A DNA stretch of 64,000 bases, taken from NCBI RefSeq assembly GCF_006345805.1, contig NC_043000.1, positions 132,184,001 through 132,248,000 on the forward strand. The letters are read 5' to 3'. Positions 27,599 to 41,092 of this stretch are shown in pieces (position 1 is the stretch's first letter; each line of letters begins with the position of its first letter). This DNA comes from Octopus sinensis. Its lineage: Eukaryota. Below the pieces are notes generated by a model, which was given only the letters and a program-made list of their open reading frames with translations, was not told where the DNA came from and ran no database searches. The position numbers were made by a program, and so were the translations under genes.

Positions 27599-27684
27599 GA
27601 CATCCTTTGTGTTCTGTTTTTGATTTTATTTGATATATATATATATATCTATATATACATATATCATATATCCATATACATATG

Positions 27685-27726
<42 letters not shown>

Positions 27727-28179
27727 TGTAAAGTATAATAGCCATCTCAATACGGCTAACCACAAAGGGTGGGTGTTACTGTAGCTTTTAGCCCCAGGAG
27801 ATCATCGTCTCCAGCTGGCTTTAGGCACACTATCTGTGTCCTTATGGTATTTGCAAAGGGAGGCCATCCCTTTCTCGTAAGCCTAAGTGATACGCACGGA
27901 CCGCAGTTTCGAGGTTGTTGCCTCTTGTCAACGGGCAGTAATCACCGGTTTACGAGGAAAGCCTGTATGCAAATCCTGGAGCTGTATGAACTTTTAATAT
28001 GGTTTTAGAGTCAAGTTTTGGCTGCTATTTCAAGCGTGGTGGTATCGCTTCGATACCCTAAATTTTAATCTTAATAATAATTATTACCTTTGAAGGTTTT
28101 TATTCCCATGCTGGCCACTTGATAAGTTTCATATTTAAATATTGATCTTATCCTTATTTACATAATATATATATATATA

Positions 28180-31100
28180 TATTTTCTCTCTAGTTTCAGC
28201 TCAGAGCTGTGGCCATGCTGATGCACCACCATTTTGCTACACTGTTATTACTAAGCGCCTCCTTTAATATGTGGCACTTGCTGAAGAATGGAGTTTGATA
28301 TAGCTACTCTCATTTGCACCTCTTGCCGTGTGGTAGGTTCATCTGGTACTCTCGACAGGAAGAGGTCTAGCTTTGATTTAAAACCCCCTACATCTACTTT
28401 GTGCAGGTTCCTCAGGCTCTTAGGGAGAATATTAAAAAGCAGTGGGCCCTTGAAACCCAGGCTGTTGTAACTGGTCCTGAAGTGCAATGGCATTGCTGGG
28501 ATCTTTGGCACTATGCAGTGTCGTCCTGTTCTGGCATTGGTGTAGCTTTCAATGCCAAAATTCAGCACAATTCCTTTCAGGATCTTCCAGATATATATTA
28601 CTGCATATCTCTCTCGTCTTCACTCCAGGGAGTAGAATCTTAGCTGTTTCAACCGTTCCCAGTAGCTGAGCTGTTGCAAAGAGACAATCTTCTTGGTGAA
28701 TCTTCTCTGGATTGCTTCAAGGTCCGCTGTTAATTTCACACTGGTGGGTGACAATATCTGTAAGCAGTAATCCAAGTGGCTGAGGATGAATGTTCTCCAG
28801 AGGACCATCATGGTTTCCTTATCTCTGGTTCTGAATGTTCTCAGGATCCATCCAGCCAGTCGTCTGCACTTTGTCGCCATCCTGGTAATGTGCACTTGAA
28901 AAGAAGTATCATCACTCATGTCAATACCCAGGTCCCTTACTGATTTAGGCTCTGCGATTGAAATTCCCTGTGGACTGGTGTATCCTCTAAGTTTCATATT
29001 CAGTTTTGGATGCTGGTAGTGTAGGGCTTGGAATTTTTCAGCATTAAACTGCATATTATTATCCTCAGCCCATCTGTAAATTGAGTCTAACTCCTGCTGC
29101 AAGTGTGCAACATTGCTAGGGTTCTGTATTTTCTGAGAGACTTTTGTATCATCTCCATAGCTTGCAAGGGTGGCTACCTGGGCACTTGAGGGCATATCTG
29201 AGAGGCCCACTATAAAAAGCAGTGGTCCCAAGACAGTGCCCTGTGGAACACCGCTCACTATTTATGTGTTCATAGAGGTGGCTCCATTAGCCACTACTGC
29301 CTGACTCCTATATTTCAGAATGTCATGTAACCCCTCTCCAAGTTTTCCAGCTATGCCAAGATCACGCAGCTTGTGACATATCATACCATGATCCACCTTG
29401 TCAAAAGCCTTTGCAAAATCAAGGTATATTACATCCACATTTGATTCGTTGAGTAACTGCCTCAACACCCAGTCATAATGTTGTAAGAGCTGGGTCAGGC
29501 AGCTCCTACCTGGTCGAAACCATGTTGGGTATCACTTAGCAAGTTATTTTTTTCAAGGAATGCGATTAGTTTCCCTCTGACTATCCATTCCATGACTTTG
29601 TTGATATGTGAAGTCAGAGAGATAGCCCTATAGTTTTTGGCATCTGCTCTACTTCCCCCTTTATGTATTGGGCATATTATTCCCTCTTTCAGCTTGCTTG
29701 GCAGTTTGCCATTTGTAAGAAAGCTCTGGAAGAGAATCTTGAGGGGTTTTGCCAGGGCATGTTTACACGATTTGAGGAGGATTGCTGGGAAACCATCAGG
29801 ACCAGCAGTTGAGTTTGTGTCCACTTCATCTATGGCTAGTAGTACATCTTCGCTAATGTCAATGTATTCTATTGTAACTGCCTTGCTGGTTATAGGTGAG
29901 GTGGCAAAGAAGTCCACTGGTTTGTTCACTTGTCTGTATTCCAAAGGGGTGGTAAAGACACTTTTGTATTGGTCATTCAGTATCTCAGTGATCTTAGCTG
30001 GAATGTCTGTGAGGTAGCCATCCTTTTAGAAGAGATGTCCTATCTTGCAGTGTACTGAGGCTGTTTCTTTCGCGTAATGAAAAAAGGCCTTTGGGTTTGA
30101 CTTAATGTTTTTTATAACCCAGGCTTCTTTGTCTGCTTTCTCCCTCACATAGGATTGTTGCAGTGTTGTTTTTAGGCAGGACATTTCGTTACTTTTGGGA
30201 TGTTGTTTGAATCGATTTGCAATCTTCATCCGTCGTCTCGTGAGGAACTTCCTTTCCCTTTGAATTTTGTTCCTATTTGTTTTGACCTTGTGCTCTGGGG
30301 CATATTTCTGGCATTATGGCTTGCACAACAGACATGAAACATTCTAGTTTCATGTCAACGTCTGATGTGGAGAGACATTTTGGCCAGTCCTCTCTGAGGA
30401 TCTCTTTTTGGATCGATTTCCAGTCTGCTTTGTGGAAGTTCAGATTGGAGAGATTTTGGGTGCTTCCTTTAGGCTGTATGTCTCTGGTTACTTTCAGCCC
30501 AAACATAGACAGCTCTATTATGTTGTGATCCGAGACTAATGTCAGTGTCACTTTCACATCATGAATGATGTCCATATTGTTCGTGAAGCAGAGATCCAGA
30601 ATGTTATTCGCCATTGTTGGTCTGAGTACAGCTTGCTCCACGAATAGGGCATTGGTGAGGTTGAGCAGGAACTCCACCTGTTCTTGCTTGCAATGAGTCA
30701 TTCCTGAGATTATGAGACCTTCAGACCATTTGACATTGGGGAAGTTGAAATCACCCATAAGAAATATGGTCACATGGTGTTCCAGATTCACGAGGATTTC
30801 TTTAATTCTTGTGAGGAAATCTTAAAACTTGCCTATGTGGTTTGGAGCATCCAGTGGGCAATATGTATTGCATATGACTATATTATGTTGTCTTATGTAT
30901 ACAATTAGAGTGTCACATACCGAATTTGAGTGCAGTAAGACCTGGGGTGTGAGATCATCACGGATGTATACAGCAACTCCACCATGGCTCCTTTCCCTTC
31001 TGTCTGTTCGCAGTATGGCATAGTTTGGTACGTGTACTTCTGCATCCTCTATATCAGGGCTGAGGTGAGTTTCCACGAGTGCTATGCATAGGGCTTGATT

Positions 31101-32400
31101 GCATGCAGTAAGATCTCTCCGGAAAGAAATTTTGCTTTTATTATGATGCAACAGGACCCCAATATTTAGTAAAAGTATTGGGGTGACAACTGTCCAGGCG
31201 TTAGGGGAGGCCATCCCGTGTCTGTTGACTGTGGTGGTCTTGCATAGTGCTGGGCAAGGTTCCTTGTTTGTGCTTGGTGTAGCCAGGTCAGCTGCTGTAC
31301 AATCTTTTGCGCCATGTACAAAAAAGACTCTTGCTTAGCTGCTGCATTGCACATAACATCTGAAGAGCACACTTCTTTTGTGAATTTTTTCCTTGGAGAC
31401 ATTTGTCTTTCTTCGGGGAAGTTTTTCTCTTTAAGGACCCTGTAGTTCTGGTGGGGTGTTGGGTGAGCAAACCGGCAGTTTTTGCCGTTTTCCCCATGCC
31501 AACATTTGCCTCGCAGGTAAAATGTGCAGGTTCTTAAGTGCCTTCCAAATTTCTTCTTTCCTGTTGGGTTTTGGATGGTATTGAATCCTCCATGGAGTTT
31601 TCTGTTGTTCGTTTGGTGGGTTGGGGTTTCGGTTTTGGTTGTTTCAATTTGCTTTTACCTTTTTCTTTGTTTCCTTCTATATTTTTGTGTTCCATCCTTC
31701 CTTTTCTTGTGGTGGGAACTTTTTTCCTCTGGTTTTCTAATGGGGTGAGGGCTCTATTCTTTTGTAGGACCACTGGTGCAGAGGGGCTTCTAGTAACTGC
31801 TTCCTTGGCTCCCCTATCCTTTTCTGCCTGGTTGTCCACCGGGGCAGGTGATCCATACTTTTGAGGAACCTCTGGATCACAGAGACTTCTGGGTTTTGTT
31901 TCCTTTTCATCTTCTCCATCATTATCAGCCTTGCCACAATAGTTTTCGATTATGTCATCCAAGGTGTAAATGTGTGGTCTTATAAGCATATAAGACCACA
32001 TGAATTCATTCTTCTTCTGCTCTATCTGGTCAATGGTTCTGTGAAAGCCATTGTTTTTCAGTGCAGCAGTGATGATGTTGTTTGGAGGATCGTCACTAGC
32101 AATCATCCAGGCTGGCAGCAGAAGATTTAATTCTTTCTTCTCCCACTTTGGTGCCATCTTTGTTTTCTAAACCCAGAGGGGGAGTAGAGGGAAGAGAGGT
32201 AATGAGAGATAGAGGGAGGAAGAAAAGAAGAAACAAAGAGGAGAGAAATAGGGAAAGAGAGAGGGTGAAATGAGGAAAGCGAGGGGGTGTGGCGTGTTAG
32301 AGAGACAGAGGAAGGTGGAAGAAGGGGAGAGAAAGAGAGACAGAGTGAGGGAGAGGAGGGGAACAGAAAGAGAGACAGAGTGAAGAAGAGGGGAGATATA
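28180..32400 (-). mobile_element. Near full-length, frameshifted CR1/L2-group LINE (ORF1 with CCCH finger; ORF2 APE + RT)
   Basis: ORF pieces: APE (LVETHL, GGVAVY, MGDFNFP, SDHN), RT (YLDFAKAFDKVDH, GVPQGTVLGPLLF, YGDD) and C-terminus (LSYWERLKQL). CT-rich 5' UTR; (TA)n on both flanks. Confidence 0.93.
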
Positions 32401-33399
32401 CATATTTGTATATATATATATATATATATATATCCACATATATATGTGTATATATATATATACATTGTTGTTTGTGCCTTCTCAAGCCATGCCTGGCTCA
32501 TAAGGGCCGGTTTCCTTGGTTTCCTGGATGGGACAGATTGAGAGAAAGTTGTGGCGAAAGAGTTAGCAGAAGTTTGCCATTACCTTCTGCTGGAGCCACG
32601 TGGAGCTTAGGTGTTTCGCTCATAAACGCACACACCACCCAGTCTGAGATTCGAACCCGTGATCCCTCAACTACTGCTTTAACCACTAGGCCATATATAT
32701 ATATATCCATATAGATCATCATCATCATTGTTTAACATCTGTTTTCCATGCTAGCATGGGTTGGACAGTTCGACCGGGGTCTGGGAAGCCAGGAGGCTGC
32801 GCCAGGCTCCAATCTGATCTGGCAGTGTTTCTACAGCTGGATGCCCTTCCTAATGCCAACTACTCCATGAGTGTAGTGGGTGCTTTTTACGTGCCACCGG
32901 CACAGAGTGATATATATATATATATATATCCATATTCATATATATATATATCATATATCCATATACATATATTCACTACTTATAAAAAACTGCTTAGATT
33001 ATAATTTTATTAATATATAATTAACATGTTCTTTTACCTCAATACTGTTTTATTAATACCAATAAATATCATTCAATCAATATCCACAGATACCTTCTGA
33101 TGAGTTAGTATTTAAGTATACAATATGTAGAAATATTAAACTATTTTTATATAATTTCTTTTCATCCCTCTATTGTGGTAAAAGTTTGGTATATACTCAC
33201 AAGTATTCGCAAATTTCTATCTTTTTGTTATAATATTCTTCTTAATAATCCTCTGAATAACCCTAAACTTTAACTGTATACAATATAGCAACATTGTTTA
33301 AACTATTTAACTATAGTACTACATGATAAGATTCCCCTTGTTTCGTTATCAATAGTCTGCTAGTAGGCGACCCCTTAATTATCAGCTAACATACCTCTA

Positions 33400-33808
33400 T
33401 CTATCTATCCATATGTATGCATGCGTATATATATATATCTCCATATGTGTGTGTATGTATATATATATATATCTCCATATGTGTGTGTATGTATATATAT
33501 ATATATAGAGCCATGTGTATGTATATATATCCATATGTATGTATGTATATATATATCCATGTGTATGTATGTATATATATACACACGTGTATGTATGTAT
33601 ATATATATACACGTGTATGTATGTATATATATATACACGTGTATGTATGTATATATATATACACGTGTATGTATATATATATACACGTGTATGTATATAC
33701 ATATATACATGTGTATGTATATACATATATACATGTGTATGTATATACATATATACATGTGTATGTATATACATATATACATGTGTATGTATATATATAT
33801 ACATGTGT

Positions 33809-33848
<40 letters not shown>

Positions 33849-33852
33849 GTGT

Positions 33853-33886
<34 letters not shown>

Positions 33887-33890
33887 GTGT

Positions 33891-33924
<34 letters not shown>

Positions 33925-33928
33925 GTGT

Positions 33929-33962
<34 letters not shown>

Positions 33963-33966
33963 GTGT

Positions 33967-34004
<38 letters not shown>

Positions 34005-34008
34005 GTGT

Positions 34009-34046
<38 letters not shown>

Positions 34047-34050
34047 GTGT

Positions 34051-34096
<46 letters not shown>

Positions 34097-34103
34097 GTGT
34101 AGG

Positions 34104-34153
<50 letters not shown>

Positions 34154-34189
34154 CCATATGTGTATGTATATATATATACATATCCATGT

Positions 34190-34237
<48 letters not shown>

Positions 34238-34295
34238 ATATGTGTATGTATATATATATACATATCCATGTGTATGTGTATACATATCCATATAT
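33400..34295. repeat. Complex (TA)n/ACATGTGT minisatellite
   Basis: Repeating TACATGTGTAGG(TA)n units. Confidence 0.95.
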
Positions 34296-34299
34296 ATTT

Positions 34300-35325
34300 T
34301 TTTTTTCTGCTGTAAGTTCAGCTCAGAGCTGTGGCCATGCTCATGCACCGCTGTTTTACTACACTGTTATTACTGAGAGCCTCCTCCAATGTTGCTCTTG
34401 CTGAAGAATGGAGTTTGATATATCTACCCTCATTTGCACCTCTTGCCTTGATGTGGGTTCATCTGGGACTCTCGACAGGAAGAGGTCTAGCTTTGATTTA
34501 AAAAGCCCTACATCTACTTTGTGCAGGTTCCTCAGGCTCTTTGAGAGAATATTAAAAAGCTATGGGCCCTTGAAACCCAGGCTGTTGCAGTAACTGGTCC
34601 TGAAGTGCGATAGTGTTGCTGGGATCTTTGGCACAATGCAGTGTCGTCCTGTTCTGGCATTGGTGCAGCTTTCAATGCCAAAATTTGGCACAATTCCTTC
34701 CAGGATCTTCCAGATGTATATTACTGCATACCTCTCCCGCCTTCTCTCCAGGGAGTAGAGACTTAGCTGTTTCAGCCTTTCCCAGTAGCTGAGCAGTTGC
34801 AAAGGGACAATCTTTGTGAATCTTCTCTGGATTGCTTCAAGTTCCACAGTTAATTTCACACTGGTAGGTGACAATATCTGTAAGCAGTAATCCTGGTGGC
34901 TAAGGATGAATGTTCTCCAGAGGACCAAAATCTTTTCCTTATCTCTGGTTCTGAATGTTCTCAGGATCCATCCAGCCAGTCGTCTGCACTTTGTCGCCAT
35001 CCTGGTAATGTGCACTTGGAAAGAGGTATCATCACTCATGTCAATACCCAGGTCCCTCACTGATTTAGGCTCTGGGATCGAAATTCCCTGTGGACCAGTG
35101 TACCCTCTAAGTTTCATATTTAGTTTTGGACGGTGGTAGCGCAGGGCTTGGAATTGTTCAGCATTAAACTGCATATTATTATCCTCAGCCCATCTGTAAA
35201 TTGAGTCTAACTCCTGCAGTAGATGTGGAACATCGCTGGGGTTCTGTATTTTCTACAAGACTTTCATATAGTCTGTGTAGCTTGCAAGGGTAGCTATCCG
35301 GGCAGTTGAGGGAATATCTGAGAGT
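34300..35325 (-). mobile_element. 5'-truncated second copy of the same CR1/L2-group LINE
   Basis: ORF 34560-35174 nearly matches 28620-29258. Same 3' end (CAGCTCTGAGCTG) abutting (TA)n. Confidence 0.92.
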
Positions 35326-35516
35326 GTAATACGTGCTTTTATATGCCACCGGCATGGGTGCCAGTTGTGTGACACTAGTATCTTCCACAACTATGATTTC
35401 ACTCAGCTTGATTGGTCTCCTACTCAAGCACAGTATATTGACAAAGGTCTCAGTCATTTGTGATTACATAATTATCATCATTCAATGTCAGTTTGATGAT
35501 GATGGAGCTCTAACTA

Positions 35517-35567
<51 letters not shown>

Positions 35568-38500
35568 CACACACAAACATACATATGTCAATAATTCAGT
35601 AACAGCTAGATATAAATGCTTGCATGCTCTATATTCTTCATACATAAAGAATTCTTAATGATCATCTACTTTCAATTTTCTTGTTAAAATTTATCAGCAA
35701 TAGGTATTTCAGGGTCAAGGTTTTATTCATTTTCAATTTTCTATTTTTTTTGTTTCTATATTAGTCACAAATTCATTACTTCATTATATTTTTCTATTTA
35801 CGGAACATAATGTTTTATTCAGTGTTTAATCAACTGTGACTTTGTCATTTTATGAAACAAGATTTTGATACTTGAGTCCATTGAACTGAATTGTTCCATA
35901 TTAACTAACACAGAAATTCTCTATTTTTCCAGACTTCCATGTTACATAATAAAGAAATGTCAAGAAGAAAATAGGTCTTGTGTTCTTGAATTCCATATTA
36001 TGACAAGATTGTCAGGAATGCAATACTTCTGTAATAGAAAAGGTGCTTATATAGCAATAACTAACCAGAGAATATAGACACACCAAAATTTGTCAATGAA
36101 CTTAACCATGACCAAACATCTTAATAAGCACAAAAACTTTAATTTTTAGCTTTTCCTACATACATTTTAATATTTTTTCTGGAAAGGTGAATGACTGATA
36201 TAATTATTGCTTATGGCTATTCTATTTAATACATAACTTTGTTAATCCGTTGAACAGTAACCTGTCTGAAACAGCCTTTCGTTTTATGATACAAAAGTGC
36301 CTATGTTAATGTGCTAGTATGTAAACTAAAACCTTCCATTACAATTTTTGTACATGAACTTTTTCTTATGTCCAAAACATCAGCTTAATGATGAAAAGCT
36401 ATTTCACGGAAACCCTAAAAATCTTTCATTATTCTCAAAATAAACTGAAACATACAAGTAATGTATGTCATTTGATACAGGGAAATAAACCTTGCCATAT
36501 AAAGACGTAATACAACAGTTAAATCAATAGACCACAAAGATACAATAGGATACACATAGTCAGCAGTTCTCAGGACATAAAAAAAAAAATAATAAATAAA
36601 TGAAGGAAACAACCCTCAGAATCAGATGAAACTAGTACTTACACAGCAATTACTGCTGTGGAAATTAGATAATGTGCAAAATAAACAGTTTTGTGTGAAA
36701 GATTTGAATAATGATAAAGATTGTGTCACACGATCAAAATATCTGGGAGGGTGTAGTCACTTAAATCAAGCTCAGTGGTATCAGGTACTTATTTTATTGA
36801 AAGGCTGCTAACAAGGTTGGCCTGGGGAAAAAAGAAGAGGAATTGAGTTCATTGAAAATGTTAGGACACTGTCCATACATCTGAGATAGTGCTGCTGCTA
36901 GACACATGAAAATCCTAGATTACAACCAAAGATACCCATCTGGCTGACTGGCAAAACCTCTCTCACTAACACATAACAATCTGTAATCTACAATATGATT
37001 TGAGGGATACTTTTTGCAGTCATTTGACTTAGTAAAGAGGGTAGCTAAATACCCTAAAATAACACCCAAGCATCATAAATAAATAAGGCACATCAGAAAT
37101 TTGTATAACTAGATGTATTAAAAAAATGAGACAGGCACAGCTAGAATACATTTTTGATCATAGATCTATTCAACTAAGGCTGATCTAAGGTTAAACAACA
37201 ACTCAATCACACCTGCAGTTTCTTCTGTCTGCTTCTTCTATTACATCAACTCCTCTTCAGAAGGAGCAAAACATAATCTAGCTAAGCTCTGGCTAGCCTA
37301 ATTCATCACATCTATTCATCCTTACTATGGCCACATACAAACCTGCACACTAAGCAATTTATTCAATTGGAAGAGGAAGAATTTATTCAATTCTTCCTCT
37401 TCAGCTCAGCAATCTACTGAAATTCCATTCCTGCTGCCTTTCTTCTCAGACAGAACTTCAAACTGAACATCAACTACAACTTCACTATTACAAGAGGGCT
37501 TGCAAAAGTCACCAAAACTCACTGAATAATGGTCCCTTACATTGGCAGAGTTTTGACAGGGACACAGTTAACTAAATTGATCTCAGTGACCACTGTATAT
37601 CAAATCTAGAAACCAGCGAACAACCCCAGAGGGATAAGAGTTAAACTCAGAACAAAAAGAGATACCTAAATAAAACATATTTTAACTTATGCTCTACCAA
37701 TTCTGTCATCTACTACATTGACTAAAATAACACGAAATAAGGCCATTTTTACAATAATACAAAGTATTTCCTACAAATAGCTGCCTGATGCCAGGAATAT
37801 AAAAATATCTGATATATACCTCAAAAAGACCAGTAATAAAAGAAGAAATTAATATGTATACACATACACACTCTCTCTCTCTCTCACATACACACACATA
37901 TGATGTATATCATACGAATGTAATTCAAACACATATATAGCAAATATAAAGACAACTGAAACTTAGGCAGAAAGGTTCAATGATACTGTTGAACAGCTAC
38001 ATATCAAGATCTTAATCTACCAATTCACTGCTTGTAGAGACAGAAAACTAGACAGAATATCGTGAAGCATTTATTCCGAGTCTCTGCCCTCAGAGTTCAA
38101 ATTCTGCTGAAATCAAATTTGCCTTTCATCGTTTCAGAGTTTATGAAGTACCAGCCCTGTACTGAGGATGATTCTTCTCTTTCTCCTGGAAGAAATCAGT
38201 AATGTCAAAACCTGAGGAGGGATGGGCTCTGCCAGATCTAAAATTGTTCTACGTCACAATGGTACCACTACAATTTAACTAAGGAATTATGGGACCCAGG
38301 CAAATTAGTTATAATTAGTTAGTCTGCAGAGGAAAGGCAGTGCCTGTGACATTTTGCAGCCTCTAAGATTGATGAGACCAATGTGGATAATATTTGGTTT
38401 GAACTTAATAGCTGACACCTGTGGTAAAAAAATATAGCTGATGAGGGAGACACCAACAATGGTTACTCCTGCTGCAAGAAATAGCAGTCAAATTCCCTGC

Positions 38501-38639
38501 ATTAGCTTACAAAAATATAAAGGAAAGCCCTGGATACACTGTTTGAACCAAATGGGGTAATTCTGGCTAGAGTGTCTTTGATCATAGGCTGTTCTGTTTG
38601 TTCAATCACAGCTGACCAGGAGTTATTACTTAGATATTT

Positions 38640-39880
38640 AAATCAGGATGTAATTCCAGCCATTTGAGGAGTGTTTAAAATGACATCAGTGTGGGAGTGA
38701 CAATGAAAGGAAAAGCAGGTATTTGGGATTGGTCTGGGTAGAGCTGGAGGAAGACAGCTAGTTTAGAAGAACAGAGGCCACAAAAGTAGAGAAAGGAGAG
38801 AGAAGAAACATTATATGTAGGCCAGTGTGTTGCCCTGTGAGTAGTTGCTAATCAGCCAAAGTTATTTGGTTTTTGTTTTATACTCATAAGTGGTCAAGAG
38901 CAGCTCATGAGAAGAGGTGAGTTCTTTGAAAAATATGTTAGCTGCTTGTGAATGAACTGAGATGGAGATAAAGAGTGTGTTGGGTGTGCTCGCAGTAAGA
39001 TCACAAACATGTTGCCAAATGTGGTTTGCACCTCAGAAGGAAGCCTATTATGTAAGATACAGCTTTACCATTTTTACATGTGAGGTCTCCATGAAAGATT
39101 CATCAAAGGTTGTGAGACCATATTTCTACAACTTTGAGAATATTAGTATTGTTCATGCACAGAGAGGGTACAGTGCAAGATCATTTCTTTGATATGTGTA
39201 GCAATTGTGTCTTTTTGCTGTTGAAGTAGACTAGATTATTATGAGCCCACTGGAGGATGTTTTTTAAGTTAGCGCTCAAAAAAGTAATGCATGTCTAACA
39301 TGAGATATCTAGGCAACATGTGGAAGACATCTGGGTAAAGAAGGTTAAGGAGGAGAGGAGGATGGTATCTTTTGGATAGAAGTTATATGTGTGGCTAGAA
39401 ATAGCTGCAAATAGGTCATTCCTGTACATAAAAGAGTATGTTAGACATAACTGAACCTTGATAGAAGAGGAGTTTTAGAAAGCCCTCTTACAACATGCTG
39501 CAATAGTGCAGTCAGACAAAGACTTCTAAACCAAGATGATACGAGGCAGATTAAATCCATAAGCAGGCAACATAGTTACACGATCTTCATGTTTAAGGGA
39601 ACAACATTACTTTTGTGAAGGTGCTCCAGATCAAAGGACCACTGGTGTGATTTGATAGAACTATTTCTATAGATCTATATGGCTTTCCATAGACTGAGAT
39701 TTTCCATGATTTGGTGGTGATGTTGGAGCTAGCTTTGAAGAGTACTAAATGAATATTACCTAAAACAGTGCACTCCAGTAAGTATATCAGTCCCTGGTTG
39801 GAATGATTAAGGAAATTGTTGTTTTGCCAAATTGGCCATGATCAACCAACCATGACTGTCTTTTATTTTTGTTGTTCAGG
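38640..39880 (-). mobile_element. Highly decayed L2/CR1-group LINE RT
   Basis: QGSVMSN..L.YRNDL..ISSHTYNF..KD remnant of the QGSVL..LF..ND..FADD motif near 39380-39465. Confidence 0.5.
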
Positions 39881-40165
39881 CAGTGTACTGCAGACTACAT
39901 TATGAAATATATTTTTCATTTTTTTTTAAGATGATAGTTCATGATTTGAGGAAGATTTAGCCTTTAGAACTAGGAGGTGACAAGATGGAATAACCACTAG
40001 ACCTCACTTCATTAGTTTGTAACTAGAAAAGTGCCTAAGCAAAGAAAAGTGAGTGGTGATAAGACAGGTTAAGTAGAGTAAAAAGTGCTTTGAATAAGAT
40101 TTGTTGTATATGCAAAGATAACTAGATCCTAGCAGTGTAGTCACAGGTTAATATTAAAGACTCAT

Positions 40166-40375
40166 ATGGTAGCGAGCTGGCAGAAATGTTAGCACACTGG
40201 GCCAAGTGCTTAGCAGTATTTTGTCTGTCTTTATGTTCTGAGTTCAAATTCCACTGAGGTTGACTTTGCCTTTCATCCTTTCAGGGTCGATCAATTAAGT
40301 ACCAGTTGCATACCGAGGTTGATCTAATTGACTGGTTCCCTAAAAATTTTGGGCCTTGTGCCTAGAGCACAAAAG
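40166..40375 (+). mobile_element. SINE family A with 16-bp TSD (other copies ~640-1180 minus, 38050-38165, 51890-52040, 62033-62245)
   Basis: TSD AATATTAAAGACTCAT at 40150-40165 and 40376-40391. Confidence 0.85.
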
Positions 40376-40439
40376 AATATTAAAGACTCATTTTGTTTAA
40401 TATCTTAATTTCATAATGAACCCTTTAACAGTTGGCTTC

Positions 40440-41092
40440 ATGTTGTCTGATAGTATGGATGACAATGTTGGTAATGAGGATGGATATGTTCTATTACCCA
40501 TTAATGTAATCAAACAAAATATGGAACACACATAGTCTAATTAATATTCTGCAAGTGTGAAACAAAACAAAAATATTGAGAGATTGTTTAAATTCCATGT
40601 GCTGGGTCAAGAGGGTGGATGGTGGAAGACCCTATGTCTGGCAACAGGACCCTGCACCATACCACACAAGCAGGAGAATCCAGTCATGGCTGTCAGACAA
40701 TTTCTCCAACCACATCGCCCCTAACATCTGGCCACCTAACTCCCCAGACTGCAACCCCCATGATTATTGTGTAGGGTAATTGAGCGAGAGAGATCAGCAA
40801 AACTCCTTGTAACATCAAAGATGAACTGAAGACAAGGATTATGGCAGCATCACCAACTTAAATAAGGAGACCATCCAGAAGAGTTGCAGGAGATTCTGAA
40901 GTCTGGAGGCATGGTTGAAGCCATCTGGAGGCATGGTTGAAGCCAATGTCAATTTTATTGAATAAATTTACTCTTTAGTATTTCAAGATATTTTTATGTA
41001 ATTTTGGTAAATATATCTGTTAAAATGAGATGTCAGTGTTATTTTCATTTTTGTGTAATTTACACTACAGTTTATTCACCACACTCTGTATA
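40440..41092 (+). mobile_element. Tc1/mariner (maT-like) 3' fragment
   Basis: WQQDPAPYHTSRRIQSWL...WPPNSPDCNPHDY; the end abuts TA. Confidence 0.8.

Larger units (their letters stand above)
27283..27639. repeat. Foldback inverted repeat (~165-bp arms, 15-nt loop)
   Basis: 27283-27449 is the reverse complement of 27465-27639, with one indel block per arm. Confidence 0.92.

Noticed and set aside
33397-34404. Long YIYI/HTHT ORFs (also 9548-10035, 26476-27082, 48360-48874, 52316-52698)
   Set aside because: Translations of TA/CA microsatellites that lack stop codons; not genes.
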